Origin: a plasmid
Reading direction: 5' to 3' (one strand)
Sequence record: NZ_CP019209.1
Length of the DNA: 64,000 nt
This document shows positions 54,301 to 64,000 of the stretch, in pieces. Position numbers and translations under genes: made by a program. Within the stretch, counting starts at the first letter, position 1, and every line of letters starts with the position of its first letter. The notes under the pieces were generated by a model. That model did no database searches, was not told the origin of the DNA, and worked only from the letters and a program-made list of their open reading frames with translations.

Positions 54301-55128
54301 TTAATATAATTTTTCTAAAACATCATCACTTATTTTAAACCCATGTTCTGGACCTGGAAAAACTCCATCTTTTACTTCCTCTATATATTTTGTAAATGCT
54401 TTATTCATCTCTTCTGATAAATTAGCATATTTCTTCACAAATTTAGGGGTAAAATCACTATACATCCCCAACATATCTTGATATACAAGAATTTGTCCAT
54501 CACACCCTGCACCTGCTCCAATACCAATTGTAGGTATTGATATCTCTTTAGAAATTAACTCTGCAAGCTTAGTTGGAACACATTCTAACACTACAGCGAA
54601 TGCTCCTGCTTTTTCTACAGCTTTAGCAGCTCTTATTAATTCTTTAGCAGCTTCCTTGTCCTTTCCTTGTACCTTAAATCCTCCAAATGCATTAACAGAT
54701 TGAGGTGTTAAACCTATATGCGCCATAACAGGTATAGAAGCCTTTACTATAGCCTCTATTTTATCGCATACTTCTATCCCTCCTTCTAATTTAACAACCT
54801 GAGCTCGTCCTTCTTTTATTAATCTTCCTGCATTAACTACTGAATCATATACTGAAGTTTGATAAGACATAAATGGCATATCTGCAACAACTAAAGTGTT
54901 CTTAGCTCCTCTTGTAACTGCTCTAGTATGATGAATCATGTCTTCCATTGTTACTGAAAGTGTATCTTCATGTCCTAGACATACCATACCAAGAGAATCT
55001 CCTACTAATATTCCATTTATCCCAGCTTCATCAATTATTTTTGCTGTTGAATAGTCATAAGCTGTAAGCATTGTTAATTTTTCATTTCTTAATTTAGATT
55101 CTTTAAATGTAACTGCTGTATTTTTCAT
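54301..55128 (-). CDS. panB: 3-methyl-2-oxobutanoate hydroxymethyltransferase
   Basis: 275 aa; [32 protein letters not shown]. Confidence 0.85.
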   Translation of the reverse strand: MKNTAVTFKESKLRNEKLTMLTAYDYSTAKIIDEAGINGILVGDSLGMVCLGHEDTLSVTMEDMIHHTRAVTRGAKNTLVVADMPFMSYQTSVYDSVVNAGRLIKEGRAQVVKLEGGIEVCDKIEAIVKASIPVMAHIGLTPQSVNAFGGFKVQGKDKEAAKELIRAAKAVEKAGAFAVVLECVPTKLAELISKEISIPTIGIGAGAGCDGQILVYQDMLGMYSDFTPKFVKKYANLSEEMNKAFTKYIEEVKDGVFPGPEHGFKISDDVLEKLY

Positions 55129-55139
55129 CTATTTCTCTC

Positions 55140-55985
55140 CTAACTCTCTCCTAAATACTTTTCTAATTCACTATAATCTCTATTAATATTTTTTAACATA
55201 GCTATCTCTAATACATTTTTTGATAATAGCATATATAAAGCTCTGTCTTCATCTGATAAAACTTCACAGTGACCTTTAATTGTTGAAATATCACAACGTT
55301 CAACTGGCCCTGTCAAACTTTCTATAATTCCTTTTTCTTTTATATTTCTAATATTAAATTCAATTAATGGATATAAAGCTTCAATTGCCATTTTTTCAGT
55401 AAATCCACATTGAATTAGATATGTAACGCTTGTATTAATAAGTCCTAGCACAAGGTTACTAGATACTACTGATGCGGCATGATAAAGAGATTTATTCTCC
55501 TTAGATACAATTACAGTACTATTACCTAACTTTTTGAAGAAATCACATAAAAACTTTGCATATTTTTCATCGCCTTCAATTGTTATAAAAGATTTTTTTA
55601 ATTTTTTGTATGAATTATATTTATCTGATATTGAAAACATAGGATGGACAGAATAGCCATAAGCACCATAGTCCTGTATATTTGAAAAGATATCTGAAGA
55701 TATTGCACCACTGCAATGGCAGATTAATTTGTTTTTGATTTGATAATTTTTAATTTCTTGCCATACCTCCTGAATTTGACCATCAGGAGTCGTAATGAAA
55801 ATAGTATCATTTTCATCTACTAATTCTCTTAAGTTTAAATATTGTTTACTAGATGTAAAATTCGAAGCTGCTAATGACGAGTCTTCGCTTTTACTATAAA
55901 ATCCTGTTACTTGTATTTTATGTTCCTGGAAATACTTCCCGAATGAACAACCTACCTTGCCGGCTCCAATAAAACCAACGTTCAT
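55140..55985 (-). CDS. Rossmann-fold DUF2520-type putative ketopantoate reductase (PanG-like)
   Basis: MNVGFIGAGKVG dinucleotide-binding N-terminus. GGAGG RBS 7 nt upstream of ATG 55985. Position at the head of panBCD. Confidence 0.6.
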   Translation of the reverse strand: MNVGFIGAGKVGCSFGKYFQEHKIQVTGFYSKSEDSSLAASNFTSSKQYLNLRELVDENDTIFITTPDGQIQEVWQEIKNYQIKNKLICHCSGAISSDIFSNIQDYGAYGYSVHPMFSISDKYNSYKKLKKSFITIEGDEKYAKFLCDFFKKLGNSTVIVSKENKSLYHAASVVSSNLVLGLINTSVTYLIQCGFTEKMAIEALYPLIEFNIRNIKEKGIIESLTGPVERCDISTIKGHCEVLSDEDRALYMLLSKNVLEIAMLKNINRDYSELEKYLGES

Positions 55986-56142
55986 AATTATCACCTCCAT
56001 AAAGAAGTGAGACTACAAGTCCCATTCTTACGATATGAGCTTAAAAATAAAAATTAAATCAAATATACAGTATGTTTTTTTCAAATATCATCCATAGTTA
56101 ATTTATCATAATATCCCATATTTTAAAATAAAAGATAGCGTA

Positions 56143-57445
56143 AAATATTTTGTGTAAATAGAAATTTAGGGTAGAAAAAAAAGTCCATTCTGTAAAATTA
56201 AAGTTACCACACAGAAATTTTATAGGAGGACTTTCTCATGACTAAATTTACTATAGAAATTATGCAAACACTACTCAATAAAGGGGATTTAGATGAATTA
56301 TTTCAGGATCATTTAGAGCGAGCGATTAATTCACTTCTACAAGCAGAGCTAACTGCTTTTTTAGATTACGAAAAATATGATCGAAATGGATTCAATTCAG
56401 GAAATTCCCGTAACGGGAATTATTCACGTACATTTAAAACAGAATATGGCGAGTTGAATTTAACTATTCCTAGAGATCGGAATGGCGAATTTTCTCAACA
56501 AACACTACCAGCATATAAGCGAACCAATGATTCATTAGAAACGACCATTATCCAATTATTTCAAAAAGGCATTACTATGGCTGAAATCTCCAAATTAATT
56601 GAAAAAATGTATGGTCACCACTATACGCCACAAACAATCTCCAACATGAGTAAATTGGTGGCTGAAGATGTTTTAGCTTTTAAAGAAAGAACGTTAGAAG
56701 CCAATTATTCCGTTATATTTATGGATGCGACGCATATCCCTGTGAAGCGACAGACTGTTTCGAAGGAAGCAGTGTATATTACGATTGGTATTCGTTTGGA
56801 TGGAACCAAAGAAGTTCTTGGGTTTACTATTGCCCCAACTGAGTCTGCTTATATTTGGAAAGAAGTTCTTCAAGATCTTAGAAAACGTGGGTTAGAAGAA
56901 GTTTTATTAGTAGTGACAGACGGATTAAGCTGTATTGAAGAAAGTATCCATAGTGTGTATCCGAATGCCCAATTTCAACAATGTTGTGTGCATGTATCTA
57001 GAAATATCGCTCATAAAGTTCGTGTTCGAGGTCGAAAAGAAATTTGTGAGGATTTCAAATTGGTTTACCAAGCGAATTCAAAAGAAGAGGCATTGGATCA
57101 CATCGACTTTATGACTAGGAAATGGAAAAAGCAGTATCCAAGAGTCGTCAATTTACTCTTGAATCCTGCCCTATTAACCTTTTATAATTTCCCTCACGCC
57201 ATCAGACGAACAATTTATTCGACGAACCTGATTGAAGGCTTTAATAAGCAGCTAAAACGATATACTCGAAGAAAAGAACAATTCCCTAATGAAGAATCTC
57301 TAGAGAGATTCTTCATTTCTCAATTTAATCAATATAACCAAAAATTTTTAGGTAGAATTCACAAGGGATTTAAAGAAATTCAGGATACATTAGAGTCGAT
57401 GATTTAACTGTAATTAACAGAATGGATTTTCCATTTACATATAAT
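56143..57445 (+). mobile_element. IS256-family IS, copy 3 (more divergent)
   Basis: IRL AGCGTAAAATATTTTGTGTAAAT; right end ATTTACATATAATTCTTGACGCT. Confidence 0.7.
56238..57407 (+). CDS. IS256-family transposase
   Basis: 389 aa. Confidence 0.85.
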   Translation: MTKFTIEIMQTLLNKGDLDELFQDHLERAINSLLQAELTAFLDYEKYDRNGFNSGNSRNGNYSRTFKTEYGELNLTIPRDRNGEFSQQTLPAYKRTNDSLETTIIQLFQKGITMAEISKLIEKMYGHHYTPQTISNMSKLVAEDVLAFKERTLEANYSVIFMDATHIPVKRQTVSKEAVYITIGIRLDGTKEVLGFTIAPTESAYIWKEVLQDLRKRGLEEVLLVVTDGLSCIEESIHSVYPNAQFQQCCVHVSRNIAHKVRVRGRKEICEDFKLVYQANSKEEALDHIDFMTRKWKKQYPRVVNLLLNPALLTFYNFPHAIRRTIYSTNLIEGFNKQLKRYTRRKEQFPNEESLERFFISQFNQYNQKFLGRIHKGFKEIQDTLESMI

Positions 57446-57695
57446 TCTTGACGCTACCATAATCTAAATAACCATCATATTCATCTACTACTTATATAAT
57501 TGAGTTTTATTAAACTTTTTAAGTTTCTATTCTATCAAATATTTAAACAATCTCTGCATCCGAAAAGACTACCTCGTATAGTTTTACTAACAATATTTTT
57601 ATTAGCGTGTTCAAATCCTGATTTCTTGTATCAATTATTTTCTGTTCACTTTCAATAAGAAAAAAGTCTTTACTTCCATGGATAATAATAAGGGT

Positions 57696-58505
57696 TCTGT
57701 TGCAAAGTTTTAAATAAAGAATAAAATCCCTTACGGTATCTATGATTTAAGCTGGGATTCCCAATAATACCTTGATTTCAGTACAGACCGAAAACCCGAA
57801 GAGAGTGCCTTCTTTTCGGGTTTTCTTATATAATCCTCGGATGGCTTCCATGCCTTTAATCGTTGTAGAGGCAGTGCGTAAACTTCGATAGAATTTATTG
57901 CGTCTCTTTACTGGACGATGGTCTTGTTCAATCAAATTATTCAGGTATTTAATGGTACGATGTTCTGTCCCTTGATAAAAGCCGTATTCTTTTAGTTTCT
58001 TAAAGGCACTTGTAATAGAGGGGGCTTTATCTGTGACTACAACCTTCGGTTCATCAAACTGCTTCACTAACCGCTTAAGAAAAGCATAGGCTGCTTGTGT
58101 GTCCCGTTTTTTACGTAACCAAATATCCAAGGTTAAACCATCTGCATCGATGGCTCGATACAAATAATGCCATTTTCCTTTAATTTTGATGTACGTTTCA
58201 TCCATTTTCCATGAATAAAAGGATTTTTTATTTTTCTTTTTCCAAATTTGATAGAGTAGTTTGCCATATTCTTGCACCCAACGATAAATCGTCGTATGAG
58301 AAACGTTAATGCCACGATCATATAAGATTTCTTGAACTTCACGATAGCTAAGGTTATAACGAAGATAGTAGCCCACGGCTACAATAATCACATCCTGCTG
58401 AAATTGCTTTCCTTTAAAATGATTCATCGTCATTCCTCCTGCTATCTTTTTCTATTATTCTACCTTATTTGATAGTAGATTTAAAACTTTGCAACAGAAC
58501 CAAGA
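57696..58505 (-). mobile_element. IS1216 (IS6 family), second full copy, same orientation as the first
   Basis: IRs GGTTCTGTTGCAAAGTTTT at 57696-57714 and 58487-58505. Confidence 0.9.
57747..58433 (-). CDS. IS1216 transposase
   Basis: 228 aa. Confidence 0.9.
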   Translation of the reverse strand: MTMNHFKGKQFQQDVIIVAVGYYLRYNLSYREVQEILYDRGINVSHTTIYRWVQEYGKLLYQIWKKKNKKSFYSWKMDETYIKIKGKWHYLYRAIDADGLTLDIWLRKKRDTQAAYAFLKRLVKQFDEPKVVVTDKAPSITSAFKKLKEYGFYQGTEHRTIKYLNNLIEQDHRPVKRRNKFYRSLRTASTTIKGMEAIRGLYKKTRKEGTLFGFSVCTEIKVLLGIPA

Positions 58506-58954
58506 CACTCCTCTTAATATACAGTCCTATTGTATAAAGTGTTACTATATACATAGTAACTGTATACATAAAAAAAGTCAAGTATTAGAAAAAAGTTCAA
58601 AAGATCAAGTGTGCGCTTCGCTCCCACTCCCCTCGACGTTTTAGTAGCCTTTCCCTCACTTCGTTCAGTCCAAGCCAACTAAAAAGTTTTCGGGATACAT
58701 TCTCCTTCTCTTCCTAATAATCAATTAAAATTTTAATCTTTATATTTCTGCTAATCACTCAGGAAACAGTACAGAAAAACAAACACGTATCATAGATATA
58801 AATGTAATGGCATAGTGCGGGTTTTATTTTCAGCCTGTATCATAGCTAAACAAATCGAGTTGTGTGTCCGTTTTTGGGCGTTCTGCTAGCTTGTTTAAAG
58901 TCTCTTGAATGAATGTATGTTCTAAGTCAAAAAACTCTGACAGCGCCTTTATAT

Positions 58955-60278
58955 AGATAAAGTCCGTATAATTGTGTAAAAGTAAAAAGGCCATATAACA
59001 GTCCTTTTACGGTACAATGTTTTTAACGACAAAAACATACCCAGGAGGACTTTTACATGACCCAAGTACATTTTACACTGAAAAGCGAAGAGATTCAAAG
59101 CATTATTGAATATTCTGTAAAGGATGACGTTTCTAAAAATATTTTAACAACGGTATTTAATCAACTAATGGAAAATCAACGAACAGAATATATTCAAGCA
59201 AAAGAATATGAACGAACAGAAAACCGACAAAGTCAACGAAATGGCTATTATGAGCGCAGCTTTACGACACGTGTAGGCACGCTAGAATTAAAAGTACCCA
59301 GAACACGTGATGGCCATTTTTCACCCACAGTGTTTGAACGTTATCAACGAAACGAAAAAGCCCTCATGGCTTCAATGTTGGAAATGTATGTATCAGGCGT
59401 TTCAACTCGTAAAGTATCAAAAATTGTGGAAGAACTTTGTGGTAAATCCGTCTCTAAGTCCTTCGTTTCTAGCTTAACAGAACAGCTAGAACCTATGGTT
59501 AACGAGTGGCAGAATCGTTTATTATCAGAAAAAAATTATCCTTACTTAATGACCGATGTACTCTATATAAAAGTACGAGAAGAAAATCGAGTACTCTCAA
59601 AAAGCTGTCATATAGCGATTGGAATAACCAAAGATGGCGACCGTGAAATTATCGGCTTCATGATTCAAAGTGGCGAAAGCGAAGAGACCTGGACAACATT
59701 TTTTGAATACCTAAAAGAACGCGGTTTACAAGGTACGGAACTCGTTATTTCTGATGCGCACAAAGGATTAGTCTCTGCCATTAGAAAATCCTTCACCAAC
59801 GTAAGTTGGCAAAGATGCCAAGTTCACTTCCTAAGAAATATCTTTACCACCATTCCTAAAAAAAATTCAAAATCTTTCAGAGAAGCTGTTAAAGGAATTT
59901 TTAAGTTCACAGATATTAACTTAGCGCGTGAGGCTAAAAATCGATTGATTCATGATTATATCGATCAACCAAAATATTCAAAAGCTTGCGCATCATTGGA
60001 TGATGGATTCGAAGACGCCTTTCAATATACCGTACAAGGAAATTCCCACAATCGACTAAAGAGTACCAATCTAATTGAACGACTGAATCAAGAAGTACGC
60101 AGAAGAGAAAAGATTATTCGCATCTTCCCCAATCAAACATCAGCCAATCGCTTAATTGGAGCCGTTCTTATGGACCTACATGATGAATGGATTTATTCTT
60201 CAAGAAAATACATCAATTTTGATAAGTAGAAATGGTAAAAACATTGTATAGCATTTTACACAGGAGTCTGGACTTGAC
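58955..60278 (+). mobile_element. IS256 (Tn4001-type)
   Basis: IRL GATAAAGTCCGTATAATTGTGTAAAAG; IRR ...TTTTACACAGGAGTCTGGACTTGACTC; 1324 bp. Confidence 0.85.
59057..60229 (+). CDS. IS256 transposase
   Basis: 390 aa MTQVHFTLKSEEIQSIIEYSVKDDVSKNILTTVFNQLMENQRTEY... matches the classical IS256 Tnp as recalled. Confidence 0.85.
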   Translation: MTQVHFTLKSEEIQSIIEYSVKDDVSKNILTTVFNQLMENQRTEYIQAKEYERTENRQSQRNGYYERSFTTRVGTLELKVPRTRDGHFSPTVFERYQRNEKALMASMLEMYVSGVSTRKVSKIVEELCGKSVSKSFVSSLTEQLEPMVNEWQNRLLSEKNYPYLMTDVLYIKVREENRVLSKSCHIAIGITKDGDREIIGFMIQSGESEETWTTFFEYLKERGLQGTELVISDAHKGLVSAIRKSFTNVSWQRCQVHFLRNIFTTIPKKNSKSFREAVKGIFKFTDINLAREAKNRLIHDYIDQPKYSKACASLDDGFEDAFQYTVQGNSHNRLKSTNLIERLNQEVRRREKIIRIFPNQTSANRLIGAVLMDLHDEWIYSSRKYINFDK

Positions 60279-60358
60279 TCACTTCCTTTATTATTTTTCA
60301 TTTTTTTAAACTATTTAATACTAATGTCTTTTATAATAGCTTTTCATATATTATATAA

Positions 60359-61902
<1,544 letters not shown>

Positions 61903-62059
61903 TGTTTGTCAATATAGTTGTCGTATTTTTATTTTCCACCTATCAAAAAGCAGAACCTCCCTATGGTCGGTTGGCCTCGTTATCCAATAGGGGAAGAATA
62001 ACTTTTTCCCCTATTGGGTGACGAGGGTTATTTGATAATCTTGAAAGATTATGCTCCTG

Positions 62060-63118
62060 TTAACTTTCTGTTTCTTTTAAAGGATTCAACGCCACCGATT
62101 GATGTGGAGTCCAATTTCGAACACCTTTTGACCAGCGTTCAGGATGGCGCTTTTTAGCGTCCTCGTAAACCTGCTTTCGTTTCTCTAAAATAGCGAGATG
62201 TCGTCCTTCATGACACGCTGCAGGAGACACAAATTGAATCCCACTATGCAAATGAGAATCGTTATACCAATCGACAAACTCTTTCGTCCATTTTCGAGCA
62301 TCATCTATTGTTTTAAAGCCGTTATTGGGATATTCTGGTCGATATTTTAACGTTCGGAAAGCCGCTTCCGAATAAGGATTGTCATTACTCACTCGTGGTC
62401 TTGAATAAGAACTTTGAATTCCTAATTTTTCGAGTAAGACTTGAAAAGTCGCGGCTTTCATAGGGCTGCCATTATCGGAGTGTAAAACCAACGGCTGTCC
62501 TTGGATACGTTCCTTAAGCACCGTCTGTTTAATAAGTTTTTCGGCATGACGAGCTTCTTCTGATTCCCAAATCTCCCAGCCTACCATTTTACGGCTAAAT
62601 AAATCAATGATGAGATATAACCGGTAAAAGAGTCCTTTTATTGGACCTTTTAGCCAAGTAATATCCCAAGTCCAAACTTCATTTGGCTTCGTCGCAAGGT
62701 GACTTGGCGGTATGCGTTTTTGTGAAACTTGACTTCGGCCACGGTGATGTTGCATATTTTTTTCTCGCAATACACGATAGAAGCTAGACTCTGATGCAAT
62801 ATAAATCGAGCAATCCGCAAGTTTTGGTACAATTTGGCTAGGTGGCAAATTCATAAATTCTTTTTTTGAAACGGTTTCTATTATTTTTTCGCGTTCTTGA
62901 TCCGTCAGTTTATTTTTGGGTACAGGACGTTTCGCCAAAGGGCGTTGATCATGCGCTATCGTACCTTCACGCGTCCATCGTTCGTAGGTTCGAACGCTAA
63001 TATTCAGCTCATTACAGGCATAGGTGAGACGGGCCCCATTGCGATTGGCTTCTTGAATAAGTTCAACAGCTTGTTTGCGATCTGAAGATGAAATCATTCT
63101 TCCTCTTGGTCCCCCCAA
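62060..63118 (-). CDS. IS3-family transposase OrfB
   Basis: 352 aa; rve DDE core (HSDNGSPMKAATFQ ...). Confidence 0.8.
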   Translation of the reverse strand: MGGPRGRMISSSDRKQAVELIQEANRNGARLTYACNELNISVRTYERWTREGTIAHDQRPLAKRPVPKNKLTDQEREKIIETVSKKEFMNLPPSQIVPKLADCSIYIASESSFYRVLREKNMQHHRGRSQVSQKRIPPSHLATKPNEVWTWDITWLKGPIKGLFYRLYLIIDLFSRKMVGWEIWESEEARHAEKLIKQTVLKERIQGQPLVLHSDNGSPMKAATFQVLLEKLGIQSSYSRPRVSNDNPYSEAAFRTLKYRPEYPNNGFKTIDDARKWTKEFVDWYNDSHLHSGIQFVSPAACHEGRHLAILEKRKQVYEDAKKRHPERWSKGVRNWTPHQSVALNPLKETES

Positions 63119-63615
63119 ATCGCGTGTGCTTTTTTTCTTAGTAATAAGAGAGCAGCGGCTTCCGCTAATGCTTTTTCCTTATGACGTAATTCTTTCTCTA
63201 ATTGACGCGCTTGTTTTTTCTCTTCTTTTAGTTCAGTTGCAAGTTCTCTCGTTCGATTTTCTTCCTGTTCATTCGCAGATAAGCACGTTTTCTTCCAAGC
63301 CTCAATTTGTTCTTTAAATAAGCCCTTCTTTCGGCAATATTCCGCAAGTTCTACTTGGTTCATTGAGAATGATTCCATCACAATTAAAAATTTATCTTCA
63401 CTTGACCATTTTTCGACATTTTTTTTCGTTCCGGGTGTAGTATTCCCTTGAATTCTAGCTTTTTTACGCCAAGAACAAAGAGTCGCTTCTGGAATGCCCA
63501 AAGTTTGACTTAATTGGCGAATCCCCCTATTTTCGGGTGGCATCATTTTCTTGATGGCTGTCGCTTTCAGTTCGGTAGAGTAACGTTCATTGTTTTTATT
63601 TGTCATGGTAATCAT
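63094..63615 (-). CDS. IS3-family transposase OrfA
   Basis: 173 aa; HTH plus coiled-coil tail (ELATELKEEKKQARQLEKELRHKEKALAEAAALL). Confidence 0.8.
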   Translation of the reverse strand: MITMTNKNNERYSTELKATAIKKMMPPENRGIRQLSQTLGIPEATLCSWRKKARIQGNTTPGTKKNVEKWSSEDKFLIVMESFSMNQVELAEYCRKKGLFKEQIEAWKKTCLSANEQEENRTRELATELKEEKKQARQLEKELRHKEKALAEAAALLLLRKKAHAIWGDQEEE

Positions 63616-63669
63616 CCTCCGTATAGTCTTTATTATAACTTATTATCCTATACGACAACTAGCCTAACA

Positions 63670-63930
63670 TAGGGGGTCTTGTAGTGCTTTAGCTTTAAAT
63701 TTTGTTTGAAGTATATCCCAAAGTCTAATTTGTGGATCTAAACTCATAAAATCGGATAGCTTTTTAGCGCTGTTTTTATTAAGGTTTCCGACTATCGTCA
63801 TAGCGTCAAAGCTCAATTTCGGATTAGAAGTGCACACGAAATGTGCGTCTAACCGGCTATTAGAGTACGCCGGTTTTTTTGTGTAATTTTCCACCAAATT
63901 TTCTTGCTCATTTTTCGTTATTTTTGCCAT
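63670..63930 (-). pseudogene. Rep_trans (pT181-type RepC/RepD-like) rolling-circle replication initiator, N-terminal ~85 codons, 3'-truncated by the IS3-family element
   Basis: [63 protein letters not shown] closely matches the pT181 RepC N-terminus as recalled. Homology stops at the IS boundary. Confidence 0.65.
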
Positions 63931-64000
63931 AAAAAGCGACTCCTTAATTTTGTTTAAGAAGTCGCTTTTCCAATTACATTTGCGAATATATATCTTGAAG

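Larger units (their letters stand above)
61903..63669 (-). mobile_element. IS3-family IS (third subtype)
   Basis: Imperfect IRs TGTTTGTCAATATAGTTGTCGTAT / TGTTAGGCTAGTTGTCGTAT. orfA/orfB on minus strand. Confidence 0.65.

Noticed and set aside
58506-58954. GC-rich segment GTGCGCTTCGCTCCCACTCCCCTCGACG and palindrome GTTACTATATACATAGTAAC between IS1216 and IS256
   Set aside because: No ORF or recognisable element could be supported. Probably residual backbone or IS-flank debris. Noted but not interpretable without database search

Overview
The window is a low-GC Firmicutes accessory region, with very enterococcal content (IS1216, IS256, aac(6')-aph(2'') remnant, raffinose-type msm operons). 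It is most likely a megaplasmid-like mosaic of sugar-catabolism cassettes separated by at least eight IS families, and it has a Rep_trans replication-gene fragment at its right edge. In order: a partial RpiR regulator; an IS982-like element inserted in the divergent promoter of a PfkB-kinase/fructose-family PTS IIBC+IIA/LacD aldolase (D-tagatose-type) operon; IS1216 flanked by TetR and LacI regulator fragments; an intact LacI regulator; two paralogous raffinose/melibiose-type ABC operons with near-identical promoter/cre modules. The first (SBP'-permease'-permease-GH4 MelA) is decayed by two nonsense codons. The second (SBP-permease-permease-GH36 alpha-galactosidase-truncated GH13-sucrose phosphorylase) carries a 3 x 163-bp tandem triplication of its operator-RBS-start-signal-peptide segment. 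Then come an IS4-like transposase pseudogene and a DUF3173 plus degraded integrase remnant. An XerS-like tyrosine recombinase follows, with a dif-like 11-6-11 palindrome directly upstream. Next are an AbrB/Doc toxin-antitoxin pair, a ClbS/DfsB-family gene with a palindromic operator, and two identical inverted IS3-family copies bracketing about 14 kb. That bracketed region holds a nanE-PTS(EIICB-Glc)-crr/RpiR cluster, an IS256-like copy, IS3/ISL3 debris, and a gntR-agaS-lacD-unknown(308 aa)-orphan EIIC cluster. Further right are IS150-like and IS256-family elements and a head-to-head junction of two diverged IS3 orfB fragments. The window ends with a low-GC panG-panB-panC-panD pantothenate operon flanked by IS, full IS1216 and IS256 copies, an aac(6')-Ie-aph(2'')-Ia gene 5'-truncated by IS1216, an IS3-family element nested into both IS1216 and a pT181-type Rep_trans gene. 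Many genes carry in-frame nonsense codons rather than frameshifts. No CRISPR, rRNA or tRNA was found.
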